Shown here: piece by piece, positions 35,320 to 50,024 of the stretch | Layout: each line of letters starts with the position of its first letter | How positions within the stretch are numbered: position 1 is the stretch's first letter | From: Octopus vulgaris | Lineage: Eukaryota | Assembly: GCA_951406725.2 (NCBI GenBank) | Contig: OX597842.1 | Coordinates: 14,322,001-14,386,000, forward strand | Length of the DNA: 64,000 nt | Direction: 5' to 3' | The notes under the pieces: model-generated | Told to the model about the DNA's origin: nothing | Seen by the model: only the letters and a program-made list of their open reading frames with translations | The model's database searches: none | Translations under genes and position numbers: made by a program

Positions 35320-36157
35320 TGTGTAAATTTATGAGTGTGATAAAATTGAATCATTTATTACCAAGAGGTCTGCGTGTATAATAAAAGTCTTGAGGCAGCA
35401 CATTTTCATATATAACAGTGTATAAATATCTATGAACACAGCGACGACCCTTCACAGGATTTCTTACTTCTATTTCTACCCTGTCCAAGTTCCCCTTTTC
35501 CTCTCTCTCATTCTCTCACTTGTACTTGTAGTCTTTCTCCTCCCACTTTCCCCCTTCATTTCTTCCCTTATTTTCTCTCTATCTTCCCATTGTTGCTCTC
35601 TCCCTTTCTTCTCTACGTACCGCTGGCACGTGACCCATGGCCAGCTTTCTGTCATTCTCTCTCTGTCTCACACTGTTCACTCAGCTATTCGGTCACAAAA
35701 ACTTCTCTTTCTTACTATTTATTGTCGCTTATATCCTTCAGGATTTCCTCTAAGCGTTACCCACCATTCATGTCTTTTGGCCCTAGGCCTATATTTTGCT
35801 CGTTTCCTCTTCGTCCATCGTCTTAAATTACATATTCTTTTACTTTTATATGTCCACTTTGCGTTGTTATGCATCCTTCAGGACCGACATTTTCTGAGCC
35901 TTTCGCAGGCACCTCTAATACTGGAAGTCCTTAATCTTATTATTAATGGTTCGAAACTGAGGATTACAATTTTGCTTGATAACTGAAGAAAATTAAGGGC
36001 CCCTTTGAGCCTTATACGTATACGTTTTTAATCTGTCGTTATATATTCACAATGCATTTTCCTTTATTATATATGTATCGTCCGCAAACATACACCCGAA
36101 AAGTGAAACACTAAGTTATAGAGCAGTATATATCAAAACTAGAAGAGGCCATCTTAA

Positions 36158-36217
36158 GGGATTACTTGAGGTTTCACGTCAATAAACGGCTGGCTTTTTG
36201 GGGTATCATCAGATCCC
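36158..36217 (-). ncRNA. Type I hammerhead ribozyme motif
   Basis: GGGAT-CTGATGA-(decayed stem II)-GAAAC ctcaa GTA-ATCCC; outer stem ctagagaggcc/ggcctcttctag spans 36139-36245. Confidence 0.6.
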
Positions 36218-37009
36218 AAAAGTTATTGGCTAAAGGCCTCTCTAGAATATGGAGGAGGACATGAGATCGTTAGTCAATGTCAACAAAGGATATTGTCTCC
36301 CCTTTGGCTATCAATCGCCGATGTCAATTTAGGGGCTTGTGTCCCTGTGGCTATCGATCGCCGGTGGCCCTGCTATTTCGTAGATTACAGTTGGTTAGCA
36401 GGAATTTCCCGAAATGCAAGCATGGTTCAAAGAACTCCGATCTGTAGTTCAGGGTATTCCCTAGTTTATGTGTAATTTCAGTGCTTGGTCCCGTTAATAT
36501 AAAATCTTGATTCTCCAAGATATTGTGTATGGGTCTCGTCGTCTATTAGCTGCCATACCTGAGTGGCTAATGACGTGCCGAATTCCTCTTCCGGTATACT
36601 GAATGAGGATCTCTGGTTGGAAAGGCGTTGTATCAACGAATTCCTGGAACAGCCGCTTATGTCCTTGGTCGGGTGGTACGCCTGTTTGTGTTATAATAAC
36701 CATGCAAGAGACAATAAGTCGACAAATACATGGACAGGTTTCCAACATCACCACAATATTCCTTCATCTCTCTAGAGGTTTCACGCTATTTCTTTTATCT
36801 CTCTATTTCTTCTCTCTAGATTTTAGATTCTCTCAGTTTCCATTTCCCGTTTCTTTTGCTTGGATTCTTACGGTCAGTCATATTCCTTTGCTAATATTAG
36901 CACACTTTCCAGCATTAAACATTGTTCGAAAATTCCACGCCCGAAACCTCGTGGAATCCTTTGTCGAAAGCAGTGTCGCCCAAATAGCTCCCCGAGGGGC
37001 TTTGACTAT

Positions 37010-37470
37010 TCGGCGTCATAAAAAAAAACTTTTGAATTTGGAAACCTTCGGTTGGTAAATTAATTCAACAAGATTTGTCAGCTATCAGTGTTTTCGTAAT
37101 CAATTTGCGTGGTAGACTTAAAATTAGATGGCCCAAACACATAAGCAATATGGAGCTATGGCAAAGAACAAATCAAGTTTCGATTACGGAACAAATATTT
37201 AAGAAAAGTAGAAGTGGATTGGTAGCACAATTATAAAAGACACAACAAATGTAGCGAAAAGTGCTTTGCAGTGGAATCCGAATGGATATAGAAAGAAGGG
37301 TGAGCCTAGGGACTCGTGGCGGAGATCAACACAAAAGGAACTAGAGAAAGGGGGACATTCATAGCAGAGAATTAATACAGAAGCGAAAGATTATGCGACA
37401 TGGAATTCAACTATAGGTGGCCTATACTCCGCGTTGGAGGGTTAACGCGAGGAAAGAAGAAAGAAGAAAG
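37010..37470 (+). mobile_element. RTE-clade LINE 3' fragment
   Basis: ISNMELWQRTNQ and AKSALQWNPNGYRKKGEPRDSWRRS. Confidence 0.7.
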
Positions 37471-37514
<44 letters not shown>

Positions 37515-37601
37515 AGTTGTTCAATAAAGCCCGAAACATATGTACCGCTAAATCCTTTGCGTCCTGTTTTTCATTTACATCATTTGATACACACAGACAC
37601 A

Positions 37602-38380
<779 letters not shown>

Positions 38381-38479
38381 ATATATATACATATGTATAT
38401 ATACACATATATATATATATATACATACATATATATATATACACATATATATATATATACACATATATATATATATATA

Positions 38480-38536
<57 letters not shown>

Positions 38537-38589
38537 GAATGGATTGATATATGAACATATGTAGACGAACATATGTAGACGGAACATAT

Positions 38590-38619
38590 GTAGACGGAAA
38601 CTGAAAGAAGCCCGTCGTA

Positions 38620-38669
<50 letters not shown>

Positions 38670-38870
38670 TGTGTGTGTTTGTGTGTCTGTGTTTGTCCCC
38701 CTAGCATTGCTTGACAACCGATGCAGTGTGTTTATGTCCCCGTTACAGACCGATAGTATACGTAGTGGGCTTACAAAAGAATAAGTCCCGGGGTCGAGTT
38801 GCTCGATGAAAGGCGGTGCTCCAGCATGGCCGCTGTCAAATGACTGAAACAATTAAAAGAGTAAAAGAGT
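38590..38870 (+). mobile_element. Family A SINE, 5' truncated
   Basis: Consensus match. Confidence 0.85.
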
Positions 38871-38984
38871 ATATATGTTTATAGATGAGCAGTATTTCAA
38901 ATCAGTGTATGTACATATTCGTATACTTCACTTTATACATGAATTCACATGTATATAGTTGCATGCCTAGTTGAATGTATACTT

Positions 38985-39340
38985 AGATAATAAATTTCTG
39001 GAGGGATTTAGATGTGGACAGATGGTATTCGAATCAGCTTTCTCTTGTCTGGTTTTGAAAAGTCTAATGTCTCAAGATTAAGCAGAGCGTTACGTATTCC
39101 AATGCCCACAATAATTACAGATTACAAGTTCAGGTTTATACGTGAAATTATAATCTGGGTAGAGTAAGTGTAGAATTCTCAGGGGTTCAGTGAAGGCATT
39201 TTGTCTTTCGTTAATCTTAGGATTTATTTTAACAGCCGCTGGTCATCTGATTTCCACAACTGTTTCCACTGGGATATTCCATACCTACTTCTTCCTATTA
39301 TGAGTGGTTATGTCTTCTATCGTCTTAGACGTCTTAAGAT
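38985..39340 (-). pseudogene. Decayed intronless LRR-like fragment (paralog of 43775-44200)
   Basis: NAFTEPLRILHLLYPDYN and LLNLETLDFSK peptides with stops and frameshifts. Confidence 0.4.
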
Positions 39341-39341
39341 A

Positions 39342-39779
39342 TATGAATGAATGCACTTATGTATGTATGCATGAATGTATGTATGTATGAATGTATGTGT
39401 GTGTATGTGTGTATGTATGTATGTACGTTTGTATATATGCATGTATGTATGAAAGTATGTACGTATGTATGTACGTATGTACGTATGTATGTACGTATGT
39501 ACGTATGTATGTACGTATGTATGTATGTATGTATGAATGTATGTATATATGTATGTATGTATGTGCGTATGTATGTATGTATGCATGTATGTATATATGC
39601 ATGTATGTGTGTATGTATGTAAATATGTATGTATGTATGCATATATGCATGTATGCATGTATGTATGTATGTATGTATGCATGCATGCATGCATGTATAT
39701 ATGCATGTATGTATGTATGTAAATATGCATGTATGTATGTAAATATGCATGTATGTATGTATGTATGCATGTATGTATG

Positions 39780-39811
<32 letters not shown>

Positions 39812-39820
39812 CATGTATGC

Positions 39821-39855
<35 letters not shown>

Positions 39856-40240
39856 TGTATGTATGCATATATGCATGTATGTATGTATGTATGTATGTAT
39901 GCATGTATGTATATATGCATGTATGTATGTATGTATGAATTATGTATGTATGTATGCATATATGCATGTATGTATGTATGTAAATATTTATGTATGTATG
40001 TATGAATGTATGTATATATGTATGTATGTGTATGTATGTATGTATGTATGCATGTATGTATATATGCATGTATGTATGTATGTATGTATGAATGTATGTA
40101 TGTATGCATATATGCATGTATGTATGTATGTAAATATGTATGCATGTATGCATATATGCATATATGCATGTATGTATGTATGTATGTATGTATGTATGTA
40201 TGTATGTATGTATGTATGTATGTATGTATGTATGTATGTG
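39342..40240. repeat. ~900-bp (ATGT)n compound microsatellite
   Basis: Tetranucleotide tract with ATGC/ACGT variants. Confidence 0.95.
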
Positions 40241-40538
40241 CGGGTACAATTTATAGAGTTTCTATAATTCAAAAGCTGAATAACTCTAATTTCTTAGAGA
40301 GAGAGTTACGTGAAATATTTTGAGAAAAGGATTGTCGACTAATTTATGACCAAAAGTTTTGTTGCTTTTCACTTGACTTAACGTTTAGAAAATATTTTAA
40401 CAACCTGCCACTGCTTTGTGTGTTTCGCCTACTGCAAAAAAGCAACACAATACTGTAATCATCATGATCATGATGGCGATCATGGTCATCGTCATCACCG
40501 TCGGCTTTATCAATATTATACTTACATACATACGTATA

Positions 40539-40569
<31 letters not shown>

Positions 40570-40577
40570 TATCTTTC

Positions 40578-40932
40578 TCTCTTTTACTTGTTTCAGTCAT
40601 TTGACTGCGGCCATGCCTGAGCACCACCTTTTAGTACTTATTCTATCGGTCTCTTTTTGCCGAACCGCTAAGTGACGGGGACCTAAACACACCAGCATCG
40701 GTTGTCAGGCAATGCTAGGGGGACAAACACAGACACACAAACACACACACACATACACATATATACATATATACGACAGGCTTCTTTCAGTTTCCGTCTA
40801 CCAAATCCACTCACAAGGCATTGGTCAGCCCGCGGCTATAGCAGAAGACACTTGCCGAAGATGCCACGCAGTGGGACTGAGCCCGCAACCGTGTGGTTGG
40901 TTAGCAAGCTACTTACCACACAGCCACTCCTG
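40578..40932 (-). mobile_element. Family A SINE
   Basis: Consensus match. Confidence 0.88.
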
Positions 40933-40942
40933 TGTGTGTATT

Positions 40943-40985
<43 letters not shown>

Positions 40986-41017
40986 ATATTATACTTACAT
41001 ACATACGTATATGGGCG

Positions 41018-41058
<41 letters not shown>

Positions 41059-41069
41059 GTGTGTGTATT

Positions 41070-41102
<33 letters not shown>

Positions 41103-41125
41103 ATTATACTACATACATACGTATA

Positions 41126-41172
<47 letters not shown>

Positions 41173-41309
41173 ATTTATATATATATGTGCGTGTGTGTAT
41201 ATGTGTGTGTGTGTGTGTGTTTGTGTGTGTATGTGTATCTATATACATACATAGATACAAACATATCTGTATGTATATCTCATATGTGTTTTATCTATGT
41301 ATGTATACA

Positions 41310-42050
41310 TAGATAAAACTTGAATTCTACGCGGTTTGGATTCGTACAAAGTTTGAATTGTTTCCAAAGGAATGTTTGTCCATTCTTCAGCTAAAACAGT
41401 CTGCAGATCCTGTAGCTATGTTGGTGGATGGTATCGACTCCTTCCTTGTTTTTCTAAAACGCACCACAAATGTTCGATAATATTGAGATCTGGGAACTGT
41501 GGTGACCAGATAAGATGTCCAACTTCTCTAGAATTTTCCTCGTGCCATTCAGTAAAAATTTCAGCTGTATGAGTTAGTGCATTATCATCCTGAAAGATTG
41601 CGTTTCCCTTCGGAAACAGTTCTTCAACCATATGATGAATTTGAGCAGATAAAATGCTTAAATAGTCTTGACTATTAATTTTGCCATAAAGAGAAACAAT
41701 TGGGCGGGCGAACTTTCAAGATATAGCTTACCCCTTGATCATCGCAGGTTCGTTTCCGTTTTCAAGAGTTGTAAGAATGCAGTCTCGTTTGACCGGTGGT
41801 CGATATCAAGCTATTCCCCTTCTCTCAGGACCAAGTCTGTGGGTTTTTACTCCACTCTATACGCTCCGCAACGTTTGTTTTTGAAAGTAGTGATTTTCTT
41901 CGCGTGCAGCCTTCCCGTGAAATCCGGCTTTATGCAGCTTCGGTGAACAGTTTTGTAGAAACTGGGTTCCCGAGGTGATCGTTAATCCCTGCAGTAATTT
42001 TCGGATCTGTTCTTTGATCCTAGTTGTTTCCATTATTTTGTCCAACTCCT
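41310..42050 (-). mobile_element. Decayed Tc1 (DD34E-type) transposase
   Basis: IFQDDNALTH...WSPQFPDLNIIEHLW motif. Confidence 0.85.
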
Positions 42051-42498
42051 GAATGTGCGTGTGCGCGTGTCTATACATATTCATACATATATGCGCGTCA
42101 GTCATTGTTTATTTCCTGTTATTCCTTCCTGTCGAAGAGCGCAGGCTCAAAATGTAAACAAAATTTACCATTCTTTCCGAGCATCAATCTAATACACTTA
42201 CTCGTTGCTCTTGCACCTACCCAACCCTTTGGTGCTTCTGTAAATTTGAACTATATATAAGTGCTTGTGTATATATGTGTGCATGTGTATATGTATATAA
42301 GTATGTCTTATTGTTTGTTGGTCCTGCAGGGTGTCCAACAATCACCCCTTCTCATCAAGCAACCCTGGTGGAGTTGCATATTCAGTCGCCGATGATCCAA
42401 CCAAGCAACAACGTTTGAAGAGACCAGGATAACGCATGGAAGACTGAAGAGAGATTTAAGGAAGAATGTTACGATCGAGAAGGTGAATCACAATTACA

Positions 42499-42795
42499 TT
42501 TCTGTGTGCAGTTTGTGACTGACCAGGCCTTACTTATGCTGGGCTCAAATCTCATTTGCGTTCCCATGGAAAACGAATCTCCAACACCTGTTCTGCCTCT
42601 ATACCTGTGCACACATTTCCATGCAATGTACACCAGAATGTCTGCAAATCTAACGGAGGCCTCAAAAGACATTTTAAGATCCACAAAGATCAGAACTTAT
42701 CTGCAGCTCTTGGTGGTTCACATCGGATATGCAATCTATGTGGGTTTCTTTTCAAAACATTGACTGGTTTAAAGAGCCACATGAGATGCCATGAT
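42499..42795 (+). other. Three degenerate C2H2-like zinc-finger motifs, probably a retroelement C-terminus
   Basis: CAVCD*PGLTYAGLKSHLRSH, CNVHQNVCKSNGGLKRHFKIH, CNLCGFLFKTLTGLKSHMRCH; no TGEKP linkers. Confidence 0.5.
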
Positions 42796-43219
42796 GGTTC
42801 TAAGGTGTATGTACAGGAGGCGGTCCAACTCGGATACCTTTCCTGTCGAAACAATCACCTGTTTCCGAAAGAGACAAGGCTTCTTCTTCATGTTGGATGG
42901 ACATGTTGATTGTGATAGTGGAGTCGGGTGGAAGATGGTGCGGAAATACAAAGGATGTTGGTAAGTCTGTAAGAAACTAACGAATAACTTAGAATTCGAA
43001 ATTAGCCGAAAATTAAATTGTAACAGATACAAGGATTATATTCGCACATATGACGTGAATACACGTCTGTATAAATACGTTCATACTAGAATGTATTTAT
43101 CTATTTCTTCACTTACGTGGTTATCCATTTTTATATGTGGAGGGTGAGTTGCATTCTAAACGGCTCCTTCTTTGCAAGTTCAACATCACAGTGTATTTTT
43201 GCATATGTATTATAACATA

Positions 43220-43424
43220 TACTCTTTTACTCTTTTATTTGTTTCAGTCATTTGACCGCGGCCATGCTGGAGCACCGCCTTCAGTCGAGCAAATCGACCC
43301 CAGCACTTGTTCTTTGTAAGCCTAGTACTTATTGTATCGGTCTCCTTTGTTACGGGGACGTAAACACACCAGCATCGGTTGTCAAGCGATGTTGGGGGAC
43401 AAACACAGACACACATACATACAC

Positions 43425-43487
<63 letters not shown>

Positions 43488-43661
43488 CATTTATACGATG
43501 GGCTTCTTTCAGTTTCCGTCTGCCAAATCCACTCACAAGGCCTTGGTGAGCCTGAGGCTATAGTAAAAATACACTTGGCCAAGGTGCCACGCAGTAGGAC
43601 TGAACCCGAAGCCATGTGGTTGCTAAGCAAGCTACTTACCACACAGCCACTCCTGCGCCTA
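43220..43661 (-). mobile_element. Family A SINE, full length
   Basis: Consensus match. Confidence 0.9.
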
Positions 43662-43774
43662 TAAATTATCATATCAATAGTATTTGAAATCATTACACGT
43701 CCAGATTTGTATAATTTGTTTCATGGATGTATTTTCATGTTTATATTTGAAATCTGGGTGATAAATATCTAGAA

Positions 43775-44200
43775 ATGATACATTTCTGGAAAGGTTTTCA
43801 TTTTAACCGACCCATAGGTGGCTTGGAACTGTAGTCGTCGAATCAGCTTTCTTGTTTCTGGTTTTGAGAAACTTAATTTCTCACGATTAGTCATTATGCT
43901 GCATATCCCAGTACTCCAACAATTACAGTTTACGAGTTCAGGTTTATACGTCAACTTATAATATAGGGAGAGTAACTGTAGGTTTCTCGAGAGTTCAAGA
44001 GTTGTTTTTAAGATCTTTAGCATTATGGTAACATCTGTTGTTCAGCTGATGTCCACAGCTGTACACAGATTCTCTTCTCCGACGCAAATTTTAACGGTCC
44101 CGTCGATTACGTTTATATTTTAATTAGCTTTTCACTGGGACATTTCCCAAATACTCCTTCTTATGAGTGGCTATGGATTTTACTATCTCGCGGGTTCTTA
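43775..44200 (-). pseudogene. Decayed intronless LRR-like fragment (paralog of 38985-39340)
   Basis: ELSRNLQLLSLYYK and NREKLSFSK; colinear nucleotide similarity with the 39 kb copy. Confidence 0.4.
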
Positions 44201-44297
44201 ATATGTATGTGTGTGTGTGTCGGATTTATTGAGTCGATACTTTACAAAAGCTGAATAATGCTTATTTTTTTAGAGAGGGAGAGAGAATTGTGTGAAA

Positions 44298-44686
44298 TCT
44301 ATATATATAAAGCTGAAGTTGTCTGTGTGTGGCAGGTTTGGTAGCCTTCAACTAACACTATCTCTTCCGAGACTACGCCGCGCAAGTTGAACAAAGTTGA
44401 AAGTATGATAGAAGAAGACTTGCTCTTCATTCCGTAGAAGATAGAATTCAAATGGGACCATGTTATGACCAAAAATTATCTACATCAAAAAGGTGCTTTT
44501 TTCTATGAAAATCCCTATTTTTTACGATTTTTTTACTGCTGTGTCACCATTTTTCGGTGTATTTCAACCAGAAAAACGTTCACTTAAAGTGAATAGCAAG
44601 ATACATAATGCAAAATTTTTACTTTTCAAAAATTCCAAATCTAAAGGGTGGAAGCAAACCCAAGCAACGCTGGGCGAAACTGCTAG
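44298..44686 (+). mobile_element. Non-autonomous Helitron
   Basis: A|TC start, subterminal hairpin cccaagcaacgctggg, CTAG|T end, no TSD; empty site gtgaaa|tatttt in the paralog at about 40310-40321. Confidence 0.88.
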
Positions 44687-45117
44687 TATTTTTATAAAGG
44701 AAGGTATGTTGTTTTTTTCACCTGATTTAACCTTTAGAACCTACTTTAACACTGTTTTGTATGTATCGTTTTACTACAATGTATCAGAATTTTAATACAA
44801 AATGGGTGACGCAATACTGCAATGCAGTGGTAAGCAATTAAAATCATCTCCAACGTCGTCGTCTTTAGCAATATTGTACAGACATACATGTGTGTGTATG
44901 TGTGCGTGCGTAGGTTTGTGTGTGTTTGTATGTACATAGATGGATACGTGTATAGGTATGTATTTATAAACATGTCTACATACTTCTTTATATATATATA
45001 TATATACATACACAAACGTATAAAGTAACAAATATATGTATATATATATGCTCACGTATACATCCACATATACAAATATATACGTATATACAAATATACA
45101 TGCATACATAAGTATAC

Positions 45118-45194
<77 letters not shown>

Positions 45195-45420
45195 CATGTA
45201 CGTATATATGTATATATTTATATATATGTGTATGTATAAATGAGTGTCTATGGGTAGAAATATGTGTGTGTGAATGTATATTTATGTGTATATAAATATG
45301 TATATATATTTATATATGTATATATATAGGTATGTATGTATATAGGTCTGTATATCTATGTGCATATTTTCGTTGTATACATCTATATGTTTTATGTATA
45401 TCTGTGTAAAAGTATATGTA

Positions 45421-45458
<38 letters not shown>

Positions 45459-45494
45459 CATTGACACACATACACACATATATATATGTATGTT

Positions 45495-45540
<46 letters not shown>

Positions 45541-45989
45541 GTATATTGTAGGCATTTAAGTTTTGTTATGTTTTAGAGAATTAATTCAAAATATTGAATA
45601 TTTTAGTCCATATTCTTGTACTTAATGTAAAAGACATCTTTATTTTATATATTTGATATTAATGCATATTACAAATAAGCTCTGTTCGTTATACTAAATA
45701 ATTATATGTATAAATAAATTAATTTAATTCAATAATTAATTCGCGATAATTATAATGATAGTAATAATAATAATAATAATGATAATAAAAACAAATAGTT
45801 TTATTTCACTTATTAAATTTAATAACCACATTGATAATTATAGTTTCTATAGTTTGTAACGTGTATTCTTATTACAATATTACATTGTTACTTATGAAAG
45901 AACTAGCATCATAGCATTATAGCGTGTTAATTTTTATGTTTTTGATTTATTATTAGTGTTGCTAAATATGCTTTGCTAAAATTGCTGTT

Positions 45990-46700
45990 TGTTTCTAGAT
46001 ATCATCAGAAAAAGGTAAACGCATATAGGAATAAGCCTATATTTCCTCATCCGTACACTATCCCTAAAGTGGTAGAGAACTGGTACCTTGCTAACCTCCA
46101 CGAAAGAGACAGATATATTGGCTAACGTCTGCAACACAGCATCCTCACCCTGCGCTCTAATAAGCTGTTCTCTAGAAAGTAGACCTGAAGAGTCACTACC
46201 CATTGAAGAGAAGTCATCAGCCTCTAATTTATAAAAAAAAATGATCCAAGTAAGTACCTGACAAATCACGAATGGAATCATTCGGCAAAGAAGACTTGGA
46301 AGAAATGTCTTTCGACATCGAACAAGTCGCTGAACATGGAGGAAAAATACCAGGAAAATCATCCTCCAACTGTTCTGTATTACCTGAACTCCCTGGAGAA
46401 ATAGTGAGAATAGGATCAACACCAAATTGGACCCACATCCCTCCCCTGTTCACTACACGTCTCTAAGCCACAAGAGAAGGATTTAAAACTTAACAGGAAT
46501 TTCCTATATGGGGATTGTCTAGTTACCTTAGTTGTGTCTGACAAAGAAATTCCATGCTTGATTCGGAGAAAAGGAGTAACAAGGGGTTTCATTGGACCAC
46601 ATCAGTGATAAGTAAGAATAAGGAGTTTATTAACAGCAGGGAGCATAGCTGTGACTGAGAAACAAAGAGGACCTGGTAGTATGTAGCATACTTTTGCTAA
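45990..46700 (-). mobile_element. Gypsy pol-like fragment
   Basis: LSREQLIRAQGEDAVL...YHFRDSVRMRKYR and FPGIFPPCSATCSMSK; decayed. Confidence 0.55.
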
Positions 46701-47984
46701 TTGTTTCAGATGCCTGTGTAGTCAGGTGCAAACAGTGACAACCCCTCAGAATTCTGTCTTCTGTCTAGCAGAATGTTGAGAATGTAATAGCCGGGGAGAG
46801 AGTGAGAGAGGGGCGGTGACAGACCGTGAGAGAGTATGAGAGAGAGATATGAATGAAGACAGTAAAAGGGAGAGAGGGATAAAGAGTGGAAAGAAGGGAG
46901 AGAAAGGAAGCAAGCAAGCAAGAAAGAAAGAAAGAAAGAAAGCAAGAAGGAAAGAAAGGGAAAGGAAGGAGATCAATTTCTGCCGAGGTCGACTTTGATT
47001 TTCTTCCTTCCAGGGTAGCTAAACAAGTAGCAGTTCTGGGGTCAATATAATCGGTTAACTCTTCCAAAAACATTACTGGTCTTGTACCACGATTTGAAAC
47101 CGATATTTCAAGAACAGTTTTTTTTTATTTCCGTTTCAACATTTGGTGACTTTCATATTTATTTTTCGATTTCAACAATTAGCTTCATTACTGATTAAGC
47201 GAATATTATCAGCAATGAGTCACCTGGAAATGCAAAAATTATTTCAACTAAACAATGGGAACCAATTTTAAAAATAGAAACCAGGCATTAGTGATTAGAA
47301 AGTATGTCAAGTGTTTCGTTTGGACGACCGAAATAAAAATATTGTTGTAAACAGGTTGATTATATTAAGATAATTTACCGAGTTTAGTCCTGTGATTCAT
47401 TAAGTGTATAATATAAAGCTAAACTTCGAACCCAAATTTAATATTAATTGTTTTATATTTGAAATTATTTTTAAGTATGCTATGGTGCTCAAAAATAAAA
47501 TAATAAACGGTGGTAATATGGCAAACATGACTTTCAAAGTATAACATAGGTTTAATCTTAAACTTTAATATATCACATAACTTCTTTTATGTCTCATGTC
47601 TTTTTCTCTCAGCTCATTTGTTCTTTACCATTCATAGAAACTAACATTACACTTCCATCGTCACCACATTCCTTTCCAAACCTTCGCAGATCCTCTCCAT
47701 TCAAGGCCCATCACTTGTTACCACGAGGCACATCGCTATGGCCATGTCACTGACAAACAAGCCATTTGTGGCCAGCAGACACAGTAACTCTCTAAACTTT
47801 ATCAAACCCCATTCTTACTGTGGCAACTATGTCCGCGAAAGACTCGTCCTCACAAATTATTCGGTACCCTATCGTTAAAACCTGGGGATTTCGATGAATT
47901 TATCAATCATGCATTGTCACCACCACCACCACCACCATCACCACCACTGCTACTACTACTACTACTATACACACACCTATATAA

Positions 47985-48021
<37 letters not shown>

Positions 48022-48316
48022 CATATATATACATCGTTATGTGTGCTTTTATATATACATGTGCGTGTAAGTTCATACACATACGTACATATATACATTC
48101 ATATATAGAGAGATATCAGTGCGCGCGTGCCTGTGTATGTGCGTGCATTCAAAGAACATATACACATAATCGCATATACAGTATAAGCAGGTGAACAACC
48201 ATACACACAGAAGTTTATAGCAAAGTAACACAAACACGCACACATATTGGTGCATATACATACACATACATATATATATGTGTGTATGTGTGTGTGTATA
48301 TGTATATATAGATAGT

Positions 48317-48382
<66 letters not shown>

Positions 48383-48420
48383 TACATATATATATATGTA
48401 TATACATGTATACACACATG

Positions 48421-48455
<35 letters not shown>

Positions 48456-48978
48456 GTTACTGCGGCCATGCTGGGGCAACATATTCTAGGGTTTGGGTTG
48501 GACAAATAGAGCAGAGGACATTTTAAAACATCATACTTATTCCAGCAGGCTGTGCCAAACCAATGGATTATGGGGATGTAAACACACCAGCACCGGCTGT
48601 AAATCGTGATGCAGGAAAAACAAGTACATAATAACACACGCACGCGTACACACACATATACACATATTTCATACACATGCACACACACACACACTCACAT
48701 ATATAATTATATATATATATATATGTATACTTACATCTCTCTATATATATACAGACATACGCGAGAGGCTTCTTCCAGTTTCCCTTGACCAAATGCAACT
48801 TGCAATGAGTTATATACATTCTTTGCACAGACTTGTATATGTGTCAATGCTGTAATATGTTTGGATAAATTCCTAACTATAGATGCACAACAGATACAAA
48901 TGTATATATTCATGCATACAGATATGTATTCATATACATACAAATCCTTGCATACCGATGCACAGATGTTGATGTATA

Positions 48979-49028
<50 letters not shown>

Positions 49029-49069
49029 CGTTTATAAATATGTATGTATATATGTGTGTGTGTAGGTAA

Positions 49070-49113
<44 letters not shown>

Positions 49114-49114
<1 letters not shown>

Positions 49115-49730
49115 TATAATCAAAAAGGGTAATAACATAGATTATTATTACCAGCGTCCTAGTACAAAAGATGAATTAGTCATTAGACAAAATATCATTT
49201 ATATAGAAAATATTATTCATATAGCAATATAATTAAGGGCCCCCAAATAAGGATGCCTAGGGTTAGGGACACAAAAAAGGGATAAATTCATCGAGAGTGA
49301 AAATCAAAAACATTTACCAATAACGATATATCCCGGACTGATCAGTTTCTACCTCTTTCTAGCAAAACAGACAGAATCTGTTTGCTAAAGCTGGTTTCGT
49401 CAGCGGGAGGCCTTTGTTAAAACGAGAAGCACAGAACGTTAGATCATGTGTTGATCTAAACGATTTGTAAATCTTAACTTTTCAAATCAGACGCAAAATA
49501 TACCCGGCGATATAGGGCATGCCGGGAAAAAATTTACGAACAAATCTATCAAGCAATATGTAGATATAATCAAAAAGAGTAATAACATAGATTATTATTA
49601 CCTGTGTCCTAGTACAAAAGATGAATTAGTCATTAGACAAAATATCATTCATATAGAAAAATATTATTCATATAGCAATATAATTAAGGGCTCCCAAATA
49701 AGGATGCCTCGTGCTAGGGACACAAAAAAA
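49114..49730 (-). mobile_element. Retrozyme/Penelope-pLTR-like partial tandem (450-bp unit, ~165-bp terminal direct repeats)
   Basis: 49114-49278 repeated at 49564-49729; adjacent to (TA)n; internal hammerhead. Confidence 0.75.
49331..49408 (-). ncRNA. Type I hammerhead ribozyme
   Basis: TCCCG-CTGACGA-long stem II-GAAA-CTGATCAG-TC-CGGGA; perfect stem I, palindromic stem III, GUC cleavage triplet. Confidence 0.8.
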
Positions 49731-49943
49731 ATATATGTGCAACTACGCTTGTATATGGGTATTTAAGTGCGTCAACTGCATATAGCTATACATAGCTTCG
49801 CCTCAGTTGAGATGGGTGAAACATCAATACCTGCAGATTCTTCTAGAAATCTCATTCACTTACCATCATAACTACGTAAAGTATATTTTTCTGCTGCTTT
49901 CGATGTTTCAAATACTTCACCATTTCTATTCCCATAAAAATGG

Positions 49944-50024
<81 letters not shown>

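Noticed and set aside
35978-36034. CTGAAGA plus hairpin as a hammerhead
   Set aside because: No GAAA box; too degenerate to support.
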